Origin: Escherichia coli
GTDB lineage: Bacteria; Pseudomonadota; Gammaproteobacteria; Enterobacterales; Enterobacteriaceae
Assembly: GCF_044324785.1 (NCBI RefSeq)
Contig: NZ_CP172127.1
Direction: 5' to 3' (one strand)
Length of the DNA stretch: 64,000 nt
Below the pieces are notes generated by a model. That model saw nothing but the letters and a program-made list of their open reading frames with translations. It did no database searches and had not been told where the DNA came from. The position numbers and the translations under genes are program-made. Shown here piece by piece: positions 34,752-44,731 of this stretch. Within the stretch, counting starts at the first letter, position 1. Each line of letters starts with the position of its first letter.

Positions 34752-35684
34752 ATGCACTATCTGGGGTTGGATATTGGTGGGACCAAAATCGCCGCCGTCG
34801 TCATGGATGCGCATGGCTGGGAGATTCGCCGTTACCGCTGCCCGACGCAAAAGTCGACATATCAACAATTTGTCTCATGCGTTGTGGCGCTTATCGAGCA
34901 GATTAGGCGGGACGTTCAACGACCGATGCTGACAGGGATCGCCTTACCCGGCAGTATCTCGCCACTCACTGGCCTGATTAAAAACGCGAATATTCAGGTG
35001 ATTAACGGTCATGCGTTACAGGCTGATTTGCAGCAATTGCTTGGGCAACCGGTGGTGATAGCCAATGATGGTAACTGTTTCGCGCTATCAGAAGCTTGCG
35101 ACGGTGCCGGGCAAGATTATGACGTAGTATTTGGTATTACGCTTGGTACAGGCTGCGGCGGTGGCATTGCCATCAAGCAACGACCGTTTATAGGGGCCTG
35201 GGGAAATGCTGCCGAATGCGGTCATATCACGTTGCCAGGCTATATGGAGCAGGAAGATGGTCCATCAGTCAGTTGCTATTGCGGCAAACACAACTGCGTG
35301 GAGTCGTTTGTTTCCGGCAGCGGTTTTAGTGAACGCTATCAACAGATGACTGGTAACTTGCTCACTCCTGCGGCGATTGTCACCCTGGCACAACGTGGTG
35401 ATGCTTGTGCCATGCAGCAGGTGGCACGTTTTCGCCAACAGCTTGCCCGCACGCTGGCAACCATCGTTAACGTTGTTGACCCTGGCGTGATTGTGATCGG
35501 CGGCGGGCTTTCGAATGTGGAACTGCTTATCACCGATCTGAACGCAGAAGTCGCTCCACTGGTTTTCACCGATCAATTCACCACTCCCATTGTAAAAGCA
35601 CAGCACGGCGACAGTAGCGGAATGCGTGGCGCTGCCTGGCTTGCTATGCGCAACGGAGAAGCCAATGAAACGCTCACAAATTAA
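34752..35684 (+). CDS. ROK-family sugar kinase
   Basis: MHYLGLDIGGTKIAAV… plus Zn motif CGH…C.CG..NC.E; track ORF begins 34719. Confidence 0.7.
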   Translation: MHYLGLDIGGTKIAAVVMDAHGWEIRRYRCPTQKSTYQQFVSCVVALIEQIRRDVQRPMLTGIALPGSISPLTGLIKNANIQVINGHALQADLQQLLGQPVVIANDGNCFALSEACDGAGQDYDVVFGITLGTGCGGGIAIKQRPFIGAWGNAAECGHITLPGYMEQEDGPSVSCYCGKHNCVESFVSGSGFSERYQQMTGNLLTPAAIVTLAQRGDACAMQQVARFRQQLARTLATIVNVVDPGVIVIGGGLSNVELLITDLNAEVAPLVFTDQFTTPIVKAQHGDSSGMRGAAWLAMRNGEANETLTN

Positions 35685-36345
35685 TTATGTTATTGATAAA
35701 GCACATGCCATTGCGCAGACCTTCCGCGTTTGTTTGCCAGAGTTCGCCTATTTTACGGTGGATGACTGGCTGCAGCGGGAACGGGATAACTGGCAAGAAG
35801 TGGTCGACTTACAGCTCGGTTGGGATATCACCGATTTTGGTCGTGGTGATTTCAACCAAACGGGACTAACACTGCTAACGATGCGCAACGGCGCGCTGGG
35901 GTCGGCGGCATATCCAAAACCGTATGCTGAGAAAATGTTGCAGATCCAACAAGATCAGCAGACTCCCTGGCATTTTCACATCCACAAAATGGAAGATATC
36001 CTCAATCGGGGCGGTGGAGACTTATGCATGCAGTTGGCCTGGGCCAACGAAGCCAATCTCTGTGATGATCAACGAGTCATTACCGTGAGTGTTGATGGTC
36101 AGCGGCGTACCATGAAACCTGGTGAAACGCTGGTGCTAAAGCCGGGACAGGGCATTTGCCTGCCGCCGCGTCTGTATCATCGCTTCTGGGCGGAAAAAGC
36201 GTTTGTTCTCGGCTGGGAAATCTCGATGGTAAATGATGACCAACACGATAATTATTTTCTTGAGCCGGGAGGACGTTTTCCGGCGATAGAAGAAGATGAA
36301 CCGGTGAAATGGTTATTGTGCAGTGAGTATGGAATTTTGCGCTAA
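35665..36345 (+). CDS. cupin-type sugar isomerase (D-lyxose/D-mannose isomerase-like)
   Basis: 226 aa from MKRSQINYV (GGAGAA upstream); ends in cupin-like region; overlaps ROK gene end. Confidence 0.5.
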   Translation: MKRSQINYVIDKAHAIAQTFRVCLPEFAYFTVDDWLQRERDNWQEVVDLQLGWDITDFGRGDFNQTGLTLLTMRNGALGSAAYPKPYAEKMLQIQQDQQTPWHFHIHKMEDILNRGGGDLCMQLAWANEANLCDDQRVITVSVDGQRRTMKPGETLVLKPGQGICLPPRLYHRFWAEKAFVLGWEISMVNDDQHDNYFLEPGGRFPAIEEDEPVKWLLCSEYGILR

Positions 36346-36353
36346 TAACGGGG

Positions 36354-36390
36354 AACGCTAGCGCTGATATCCGCTAGCGTCCTTATTTTT
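36354..36390. terminator. bidirectional intrinsic terminator between the isomerase gene and yicH
   Basis: aacgctagcg-ctgatatc-cgctagcgt hairpin followed by ccttattttt. Confidence 0.45.
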
Positions 36391-38098
36391 ACTGCACCGG
36401 CTCCGTCGACGTAACTTCACCACTGGAAACTACGCCCGCATTCATGGTTTGAGTCACTTGCTGCTTTGCGGCGTTCACGGCATGGAGTTGCCCGCTAACC
36501 GTAGGTTTCAGCGGGATATTGGCCTGAATATCGCCGCTGGCGGTAAGCTGAATATTGCCGTCGCCAGTCAACGGTAATTCAGGCCATCCCCACTGTTGCA
36601 AAATATTCACCGGCACACCGCGTCCATTCAGGCTGATATGGGTCTGACGTTGTGGCGTTTGTGAAACACTGGCGGTGGCTTCCAGAATGCCTTTTTCAGT
36701 AAATGCACTCAGTTCGCTGATATTCACCGTGCTGCTGTTGGCGGTTAGCGCCAGCGATGGGCGACGAATATCAACACGATTAAACGTCGCGGCGGCGGCA
36801 TTCAGATTCGCCGAGCCACTCCAGACGCCCCATTTATGATCGGTAACCAGCGTCAGATTGGCACCGTAACCATCGAGCGCGGTGAGCTGCCACGGGAAGT
36901 CAGGGTCGATATCAATGATCAGATTGCGGCTGGCGCTAAATCTCTTCAGTTGCAGGCTGTTTAACCAACCGGGTGTCGTTTCCATCCACAACTGTTGCCA
37001 GTTTTTTGGCAAGGTATATTCCAGTCCGGCAATTGCCGCATCATCAAGGATCAACGTTTTCCCGTTGCGCAGCCAGTTCCCGGACGTTCTGACCATGCCC
37101 CCTTCCCAGCGGCTGGTGAACTGGCGCAGCGCTACGCCCTGCGGGGAAAATTCCGCGTTTATAATCGGGTCAAATAAATGCAGCGAACCATAAATGAACT
37201 CGCTGGCGTTCATCGACAGTTTGCCTTCCTGTGTCTGCCAGTCATCTTTACTGAAGGTCATGTTGCGCAAGCTGAGATCGAGGTCGGTCACCGCCCAGTC
37301 CGGACCTTGCAAACGAGCATCGATGACTTCCAGGCGACCAATCTGCAACGACGGGACAGAGCGTAATGGCGCAAAGAAGTCGGTTAGCGATTTTTCGCTT
37401 TGTAGACGGATATCCGCCAGCCGCAGATTTTCCACTTGCCAGCTGCCGTCAGCGTTACGCTGCGCGTTTCCGGTTAATGTCCCGCGGGCGATGTCGGCAC
37501 CCAGGTTAGTCAGCGTAACGCGATCGTTATCAATACTGCCTTCAATCAGTACATTGGTGGCAGGAACATCATTGAGCGAAAGCGATCCGGCACTAAACTG
37601 AATCTGCGCCTTCGTACCCAGCACTTTACCGGCTTCAGGTGACCACGGAACCACGCCGCCATTTACTCGCTGCGCGCTTAGTTTCCATTCGCTATTCGGG
37701 CTATTAAACGCCATATCACGCAGTTGCAGACGATCGGCTTTGAACGGTAGCGGCGCGGTCTGGTCGGTGAGATTCAGCGTCCCGTTTTCCAGCAGGATGG
37801 TATCGACATGGCGTGGTTCGGTCAGTTGCCGACTGCTTAGCGCAATGTCGACACTTTTTGCCACCAGGGTCGCGGGCTGGCCATCACGACCAAACGTGAC
37901 GTTCTCCAGCACGATATGAGATGGCGCGGAAAAACGGTGATCCATCGCCCCGAAAGCCAGATGATAGTCGCTATTCTCGGAAACCCATGCGCTGATATGT
38001 TCTGCTCCCCAGCGGGTTTGCAGAAGAAAATAGAGGCCAGCGATCACCACTAACAGAGCGATGAGAATGTAGAGAAGCAGCTTCCCAATAAATTTCAT
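36389..38098 (-). CDS. yicH: AsmA-family protein YicH
   Basis: N-terminal signal anchor MKFIGKLLLYILIALLVVIAGLYF; track ORF begins 38122. Confidence 0.8.
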   Translation of the reverse strand: MKFIGKLLLYILIALLVVIAGLYFLLQTRWGAEHISAWVSENSDYHLAFGAMDHRFSAPSHIVLENVTFGRDGQPATLVAKSVDIALSSRQLTEPRHVDTILLENGTLNLTDQTAPLPFKADRLQLRDMAFNSPNSEWKLSAQRVNGGVVPWSPEAGKVLGTKAQIQFSAGSLSLNDVPATNVLIEGSIDNDRVTLTNLGADIARGTLTGNAQRNADGSWQVENLRLADIRLQSEKSLTDFFAPLRSVPSLQIGRLEVIDARLQGPDWAVTDLDLSLRNMTFSKDDWQTQEGKLSMNASEFIYGSLHLFDPIINAEFSPQGVALRQFTSRWEGGMVRTSGNWLRNGKTLILDDAAIAGLEYTLPKNWQQLWMETTPGWLNSLQLKRFSASRNLIIDIDPDFPWQLTALDGYGANLTLVTDHKWGVWSGSANLNAAAATFNRVDIRRPSLALTANSSTVNISELSAFTEKGILEATASVSQTPQRQTHISLNGRGVPVNILQQWGWPELPLTGDGNIQLTASGDIQANIPLKPTVSGQLHAVNAAKQQVTQTMNAGVVSSGEVTSTEPVQ

Positions 38099-38218
38099 GG
38101 TCTTCCATCCCGTGAAATGCACATAAGGGAGTTATGCACGATTTACGCGCAATCCTCAAGGCGGGAATGGTGAAAGAGGTGAGACTGCGGCGGTAATTAT
38201 CTTACCGCCGCCAGTGAA

Positions 38219-39610
38219 TTACTGTTTTTCTGGTGGGAAAATCAGATTCAGCACGATGGCAGTAATACCGCCCGCGGCGATCCCGGAGGAGAGCAGGTTT
38301 TTCAGCCATTCAGGGGCAAACTGCAAAATCAGCGGCTGCTGAGAAACGCCCAGACCGACCGCTAGCGACAGCGCGATAATCAGAATCGCCCGACGGTTCA
38401 GCGGCTCACGAGAAACGATACGCACACCGGAGGCGGCGATGGTGCCAAACATTACAAGCGTTGCGCCGCCCAGAACCGGTTCTGGAATGTGTTGTACAAA
38501 ACCGCTCACTGCCGGGAACAGACCCAGCACGATCAACATCAGCGCGACGACAAAACCGACATAGCGGCTGGCAACACCGGTCAACTGGATCACACCGTTG
38601 TTCTGCCCGAAGCAGGAGTTCGGGAAAGTGTTAAACACCGCCGAAACAAACGAGTTCAGGCCGTTTGCCAGCACGCCGCCTTTCAGGCGTTTCATGTACA
38701 GCGGACCGGACACTGGCTGTTCGGAAACGTCAGAGGTCGCCGTGATATCGCCAATGGTTTCCAGCGAAGTGATCATAAAGACCAGCATCAGCGGCAGCAG
38801 CAGACTCCATTCAATGCCAAGACCGTAATAGAGCGGCGTTGGCACCATAATCAGTTCTTGCGTCATCGGTTCGTTGCTTTCTGGCAACATGCCCATAAAC
38901 CACGCCAGCGCATATCCGGCCGCCATCGCAATCACCAGTGAGGCCACGCGCAAATATGGGTTACGCTGACGGTTAAGCAGGATAATTAAGGCTAAGACCA
39001 CGCCCGCCAGCAGCAGATTTTTCGGTGCGCCGAAGGTGTTATCGCTCATGGCTGCGTAACCGCCGCCAATGGACGTTAACCCAACCTGAATTAGCGACAG
39101 GCCGATAATCATCACCACAACGCCAGAAACTAGCGGCGTAATAATGCGGCGCGCCAGATGCAGAACGCGGGAGATCACCATCTCAGTGCAACTTGCCAGC
39201 ATCAACGTGCCGAACAAAGCCGCCATCATGGTAGGAACATCAGCACCACCGGTCTTCAGCGCTGTGCCGCCCATAATCAGCGGGGCAACAAAGTTGAAGC
39301 TGGTGCCCTGAATAGACAACAGCCCGGAGCCAACCGGACCCCAGGCCTTAATTTGAATAATCGATGCCACACCGGAGGCAAACAGCGACATACTAATAAT
39401 GTGTTGCGTGTCTTGTGCCGGTAAACCCAGCGCCTGGCAGATTAATAGCGCTGGCGTGATCACCGCAACGAACATCGCCAGCAAATGCTGACAGGCGGCA
39501 AACAGGGTTTGAGGAAGCGGCGGACGATCTTCAAGACGGTAAATCAGTTCGCTGTTTTGAGTCTGCGCAACCGGTTGCGCATTTTCTGACTCGAGGGTGG
39601 AAACAGACAT
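38219..39610 (-). CDS. xanP: xanthine permease (NCS2 family)
   Basis: Polytopic permease; [14 protein letters not shown]… as in E. coli XanP/YicE. Confidence 0.85.
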
Positions 39611-39889
39611 CGAAAACAATCCCGTGGTAGCAAAGCGGGCATTTTAGCTGACCGAAAGAGAAAAGCAAACGTTTGCCACATCCTCATCTAAATATTTAAA
39701 TGAGATAAATGTACTTTTTTATATAACTTTTAGTTGTTTTCTGCTTAAAATCCATGCCATTTTTCTATTTTCAGCTAAGAATTCGAACCAGGAAAGCATG
39801 ACTCGATACTCGTCATATTTCGCCTTACTGCAAATGCGCGATGAAGTATGACGAGTATGAAAGAGTGATGCGGACACAAAGGAGTAACT

Positions 39890-41095
39890 ATGTTTCATCT
39901 CGATACTTTAGCAACGCTTGTTGCCGCAACGCTGACGTTGCTGCTCGGGCGCAAGTTGGTCCATTCCGTCTCCTTTTTGAAGAAATACACCATACCGGAA
40001 CCTGTTGCGGGTGGTTTATTAGTGGCGCTGGCGCTACTGGTACTGAAAAAAAGCATGGGCTGGGAAGTCAACTTTGATATGTCCCTGCGCGATCCGTTAA
40101 TGCTGGCTTTCTTCGCCACCATTGGTTTGAACGCCAACCTTGCCAGTCTGCGTGCCGGTGGGCGTGTGGTTGGCATCTTCTTGATTGTGGTTGTTGGTCT
40201 GTTGGTGATGCAAAATGCCATTGGCATTGGTATGGCTAGCCTGTTAGGGCTTGATCCGCTGATGGGGCTGTTGGCCGGTTCTATTACGCTTTCCGGCGGT
40301 CACGGTACGGGCGCTGCGTGGAGTAAATTGTTCATTGAACGCTATGGCTTCACCAATGCGACGGAAGTGGCGATGGCCTGTGCGACGTTTGGTCTGGTGC
40401 TGGGCGGCTTGATTGGCGGTCCGGTAGCGCGCTATCTGGTGAAACACTCCACCACGCCGAACGGTATTCCGGATGACCAGGAAGTCCCGACGGCGTTCGA
40501 AAAGCCGGATGTGGGCCGCATGATCACCTCGCTGGTGCTGATTGAAACTATCGCGCTGATTGCTATCTGCCTGACGGTGGGGAAAATTGTTGCGCAACTT
40601 TTGGCTGGCACTGCTTTTGAACTGCCGACCTTCGTCTGTGTACTGTTTGTTGGCGTGATTCTGAGCAACGGTCTGTCAATGATGGGCTTTTACCGCGTCT
40701 TTGAGCGTGCGGTATCCGTGCTGGGTAACGTAAGCCTGTCGTTGTTCCTGGCGATGGCGCTGATGGGGCTGAAACTATGGGAGCTGGCTTCGCTGGCGCT
40801 GCCGATGCTGGCGATTCTGGTGGTACAGACCATCTTCATGGCGTTGTATGCCATCTTCGTTACCTGGCGCATGATGGGCAAAAACTACGATGCGGCGGTG
40901 CTGGCTGCGGGTCATTGTGGTTTTGGCCTCGGTGCAACGCCAACGGCAATCGCCAACATGCAGGCGATCACTGAACGTTTTGGCCCGTCGCACATGGCCT
41001 TCCTGGTAGTGCCGATGGTCGGTGCGTTCTTTATTGATATCGTTAACGCGCTGGTGATTAAGCTGTATTTAATGTTGCCGATTTTTGCGGGCTAA
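39890..41095 (+). CDS. gltS: sodium/glutamate symporter
   Basis: 401 aa; MFHLDTLATLVAATLTLLLGRKLV… matches GltS. Confidence 0.9.
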   Translation: MFHLDTLATLVAATLTLLLGRKLVHSVSFLKKYTIPEPVAGGLLVALALLVLKKSMGWEVNFDMSLRDPLMLAFFATIGLNANLASLRAGGRVVGIFLIVVVGLLVMQNAIGIGMASLLGLDPLMGLLAGSITLSGGHGTGAAWSKLFIERYGFTNATEVAMACATFGLVLGGLIGGPVARYLVKHSTTPNGIPDDQEVPTAFEKPDVGRMITSLVLIETIALIAICLTVGKIVAQLLAGTAFELPTFVCVLFVGVILSNGLSMMGFYRVFERAVSVLGNVSLSLFLAMALMGLKLWELASLALPMLAILVVQTIFMALYAIFVTWRMMGKNYDAAVLAAGHCGFGLGATPTAIANMQAITERFGPSHMAFLVVPMVGAFFIDIVNALVIKLYLMLPIFAG

Positions 41096-41097
41096 AA

Positions 41098-41964
41098 ATG
41101 AAAAAGCGTCGGAAGGAACCGGAAACGCTACGTGAACACTGTCGCCATATTTTTGGTGATGAGCCGCCAGTGCTCTGTGTATGGGAAACGGAATTTGATT
41201 ACGCAGATGCCGAACTCAAGGCGCTGGCGGCTAAAGAGTGGCAGCAGATCAGCGAATGGGATTTGAGTGCTTACTATGTACTCAATCTCGTTTATAACGA
41301 ACCGATGCAACCAGAGTTGTTTCGCTATCTGTTTCCGCTCTGCCTGGCGCAATGGCATGAAACCGTTTTAGCTGGCGGTTATGGTGATCACTTCGAAGAA
41401 TCATTAATGAAGGCATTGCGTCGGCCCTATCTCTGGCAGGAGATGATGAATGCTTCCCAACGCCAGCAGGTACGGCAATTTTTACTGGAAACCGCGTTGC
41501 AGCGTATGGATAACGAGCGCGGTTTCAATAATGTTCTTTGCTGGCTGGCGGTGTTCAATACTCTGGGCGGGGCCGCGCCATTAATTCGTCCCCTTTGGTC
41601 ACGCTGGTGGGCACTGGATACGCCCGGCAAAGCGGTGTGTGCTATTCAATATGCTGCGCATCTTATTTATCCCATAGAAGCCAATCCGTTATGGTCGCAA
41701 GAATGGTTAGGCTGGGGGCATCCATTAGGCCATAAAGATGGCTGGTCCTCTGAGAATCGCGCTTTTCTTCGCCAGATGTTAACACCTGAAATGATTGTGG
41801 CTGGCGTACAGGCAGCGGCTGAAATTCTGCGTGGTGAACCGGAAGGCACAATGGCGGCGCGAATTGCGCAGGATGCGTATGAGGCAATGGATATCATCAC
41901 TATCCAGATTGAAGATTTACTGCGTGACTTGTCTTGCGATGAGTCAGGTCATGCGTTGGAGTAA
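41098..41964 (+). CDS. hypothetical protein
   Basis: 288-aa ORF starting 2 nt after the gltS stop and overlapping the recG 3' end by 16 bp; no domain recognised. Confidence 0.45.
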   Translation: MKKRRKEPETLREHCRHIFGDEPPVLCVWETEFDYADAELKALAAKEWQQISEWDLSAYYVLNLVYNEPMQPELFRYLFPLCLAQWHETVLAGGYGDHFEESLMKALRRPYLWQEMMNASQRQQVRQFLLETALQRMDNERGFNNVLCWLAVFNTLGGAAPLIRPLWSRWWALDTPGKAVCAIQYAAHLIYPIEANPLWSQEWLGWGHPLGHKDGWSSENRAFLRQMLTPEMIVAGVQAAAEILRGEPEGTMAARIAQDAYEAMDIITIQIEDLLRDLSCDESGHALE

Positions 41965-44030
41965 CGTTCCGTTTCCGGCATCCAGCGTTCTATCAGGGCT
42001 TTTGCCTGTTGTGGGTAACGTTCGTGAATATGTCGCGCCAGGCGCTGAACTTCCGGGATCATCGCCTGATCGCGCAGTAAATCCGCCACTTTAAACTCAG
42101 CATTACCCGTCTGGCGCGTACCTAACAATTCGCCAGGGCCGCGAATCTCTAAGTCTTTCTGTGCAATCACAAAACCGTCGTTGCTGTCGCGCAGTACCTG
42201 CAGGCGAATTTGCGCCGTTTTAGAGAGCGGCGTTTTGTAGAGCAGCACGCAGTGAGAAGCCACCGCACCACGACCTACGCGCCCGCGCAGCTGGTGTAAC
42301 TGCGCCAGACCCAGACGCTCAGGGTTTTCGATAATCATCAGACTGGCGTTAGGCACATCAACGCCGACTTCAATAACGGTTGTGGCAACCAGCAGGTGTA
42401 GCTCACCTTGTTTAAACGACGCCATGACGGCCTGTTTCTCGGCAGGTTTCATCCGCCCGTGTACCAGGCCAACATTCAACTCTGGTAGCGCCAGTTTCAA
42501 CTCTTCCCAGGTAGCTTCCGCCGCCTGCGCTTCCAGTAACTCTGACTCTTCAATGAGTGTGCACACCCAGTATGCCTGACGACCTTCAGTCATGCAGGCG
42601 TGGCGCACGCGGTCAATGATGTCGGTACGGCGAGTATCAGGAATAGCGACCGTAGTCACTGGCGTGCGGCCTGGCGGCAGTTCATCAATGACCGAGGTGT
42701 CGAGATCAGCATACGCAGTCATCGCCAGCGTGCGGGGGATCGGCGTGGCGGTCATGATCAACTGATGCGGATGGAAGCCTTGCTGCTGGCCTTTCTCCCA
42801 CAATGCCAGACGCTGATGCACGCCAAAGCGATGCTGTTCGTCGATAATCACCAGCGCCAGGCCGTTAAACTGCACCTGTTCCTGGAAGATGGCGTGCGTA
42901 CCAACAATCATCTGCACCTGACCGCTGGCAATGGCTTCCTGCTGAGACAGTCGCGCTTTACCTTTCTGCTTACCGGCGAGCCAGCCCACTTCGATACCGA
43001 GCGGTTCAAACCAGTTGCGGAAGTTATTGGCGTGTTGTTCGGCGAGTAATTCGGTTGGTGCCATCAATGCCACCTGTTTGCCGTGGGCAATCGCACGCAG
43101 CGCGGCGAGGGCGGCGACCAGAGTTTTACCGGAACCTACATCGCCCTGTACCAGGCGCATCATCGGCACATCCAGCGCTATATCGCGCTCGATTTCCGCT
43201 ACCACACGCACCTGAGCGCCTGTTGGCTTGAACGGTAAGGCTGCGAGGAGTTTATTTTTCAGCGCGTCATTGGCGCTCAGCGGCTGGGCATGAAAACGCT
43301 GTGCTCCGGCACGTAAGGCTAACATGCTGAGGTTGTGCGCCAGCAGTTCTTCCAGAATCAGACGACGTTGTGCCGGATGCTGACCGGTTTCCAGATCGCT
43401 AAGCTGTAGCGTCGGCGGCGGGCGGTGCAAAGTGCGCAAGGCTTCCGGCAGCGTCATCATTCCTTGTGACAGTTCCGGCGGCAGGAGTTCTTCAATGGCG
43501 CAGGTGTCGAGCAGATCCAGCGCCTGGTCGGTTAATTTACGCAGCGTGGCCTGCTTTACGCCTTCCGTAGTTGGGTAAACCGGCGTGAGCGTTTCCTGTA
43601 ACTCTGGCGTGCTGAGATCGCCTTGCACGCGGTATTCCGGGTGGATCATCTCTGCGCCATATTTGCCGCGCTTTGCTTCACCATAGGCCAGTACACGGCG
43701 GCCCGTCGCCAGGCTATTTTTCATTGCCGCGCTGAAGTTGAAAAAGCGCATGGTGAGAATGCCGGAACCGTCGCTGATCTGGCAGGTCATCATCCGCCGA
43801 CTACCGAAGGAGATAATGCAATTCAGCACTTCGCCTTCCACCGTGGCATAAACGCCCGGCAGTAGTTCACCGATGGGGTAGAGATGGGTGCGATCTTCGT
43901 AGCGCAGGGGAAGGTGTAAGAGTAAATCCTGCACGGTATGCAGGTTGATTTTCGCCAGTTTGTTACTAAGCGCCGCGCCAACGCCCGTTAGGGAACTGAG
44001 CGGGACAGCATCTAACAGGCGACCTTTCAT
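41949..44030 (-). CDS. recG: ATP-dependent DNA helicase RecG
   Basis: Helicase motifs (…GDVGSGKT…, …DEQHRFGV…); start set at MKGRLLDAVPL; track ORF begins 44063. Confidence 0.9.
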   Translation of the reverse strand: MKGRLLDAVPLSSLTGVGAALSNKLAKINLHTVQDLLLHLPLRYEDRTHLYPIGELLPGVYATVEGEVLNCIISFGSRRMMTCQISDGSGILTMRFFNFSAAMKNSLATGRRVLAYGEAKRGKYGAEMIHPEYRVQGDLSTPELQETLTPVYPTTEGVKQATLRKLTDQALDLLDTCAIEELLPPELSQGMMTLPEALRTLHRPPPTLQLSDLETGQHPAQRRLILEELLAHNLSMLALRAGAQRFHAQPLSANDALKNKLLAALPFKPTGAQVRVVAEIERDIALDVPMMRLVQGDVGSGKTLVAALAALRAIAHGKQVALMAPTELLAEQHANNFRNWFEPLGIEVGWLAGKQKGKARLSQQEAIASGQVQMIVGTHAIFQEQVQFNGLALVIIDEQHRFGVHQRLALWEKGQQQGFHPHQLIMTATPIPRTLAMTAYADLDTSVIDELPPGRTPVTTVAIPDTRRTDIIDRVRHACMTEGRQAYWVCTLIEESELLEAQAAEATWEELKLALPELNVGLVHGRMKPAEKQAVMASFKQGELHLLVATTVIEVGVDVPNASLMIIENPERLGLAQLHQLRGRVGRGAVASHCVLLYKTPLSKTAQIRLQVLRDSNDGFVIAQKDLEIRGPGELLGTRQTGNAEFKVADLLRDQAMIPEVQRLARHIHERYPQQAKALIERWMPETERYSNA

Positions 44031-44035
44031 GGCAC

Positions 44036-44725
44036 TTACCCTGCAGCCTGCATAGTAGCCCACCAGTCAGCATCGGCTTCAATTTCGCCTTGCTGATTAA
44101 CGTGGGGGTAAGGCAGGCCTTTGCGTTTTGCGACTTTCGCCAGCACCGGATAGCCGCCTTCAAACAGCAGGCGTTGTTGCTCTGCTTCCGGCAACATGCT
44201 GTTTTCACGCAGGTACATGCCTGCATTTTGCCGCTGGCGCTGGGCTTCATAAAGAATGAGGGCTGAGGCAACGGAAACATTCAGCGACTGCACCATGCCG
44301 ATCATCGGTATGATGATGTCCCGATCCGCCAGGGCTAACGCTTCCTGAGTGATGCCCGTTTTCTCCTGACCCATCAAAATACAGGTCGGGCGGGTGTAAT
44401 CAATTTCGCGGAAATCGACAGCGTTATCAGAAAGATGGGTTGCCAGAATCTGCATGCCCTGGCCTTTCAGATGAGCGACGGCATCGCCAATGGTGCGGTG
44501 CGTTTTCACCTGCACCCAACTGTTGCTGCCAGCCGCAGCCGAAGCCATTGTGCGCATCCGACTGCCAGGCCAGACAGCATGAACTTCATGTACACCAACG
44601 GCATCTGCGGTACGAATAATCGCAGAAACGTTATGAGGTTTGTGGACCTGCTCCATGCAGACGGTCAGATCAGGCTGCCGCCTGGCGAGCATTTCGCAGA
44701 TGCGTGCATAACGTGTTGGGTTCAT
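44036..44725 (-). CDS. trmH: tRNA (Gm18) 2'-O-methyltransferase
   Basis: 229 aa SpoU-family methyltransferase in spoT-trmH-recG order. Confidence 0.9.
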   Translation of the reverse strand: MNPTRYARICEMLARRQPDLTVCMEQVHKPHNVSAIIRTADAVGVHEVHAVWPGSRMRTMASAAAGSNSWVQVKTHRTIGDAVAHLKGQGMQILATHLSDNAVDFREIDYTRPTCILMGQEKTGITQEALALADRDIIIPMIGMVQSLNVSVASALILYEAQRQRQNAGMYLRENSMLPEAEQQRLLFEGGYPVLAKVAKRKGLPYPHVNQQGEIEADADWWATMQAAG

Positions 44726-44731
44726 AAAACA

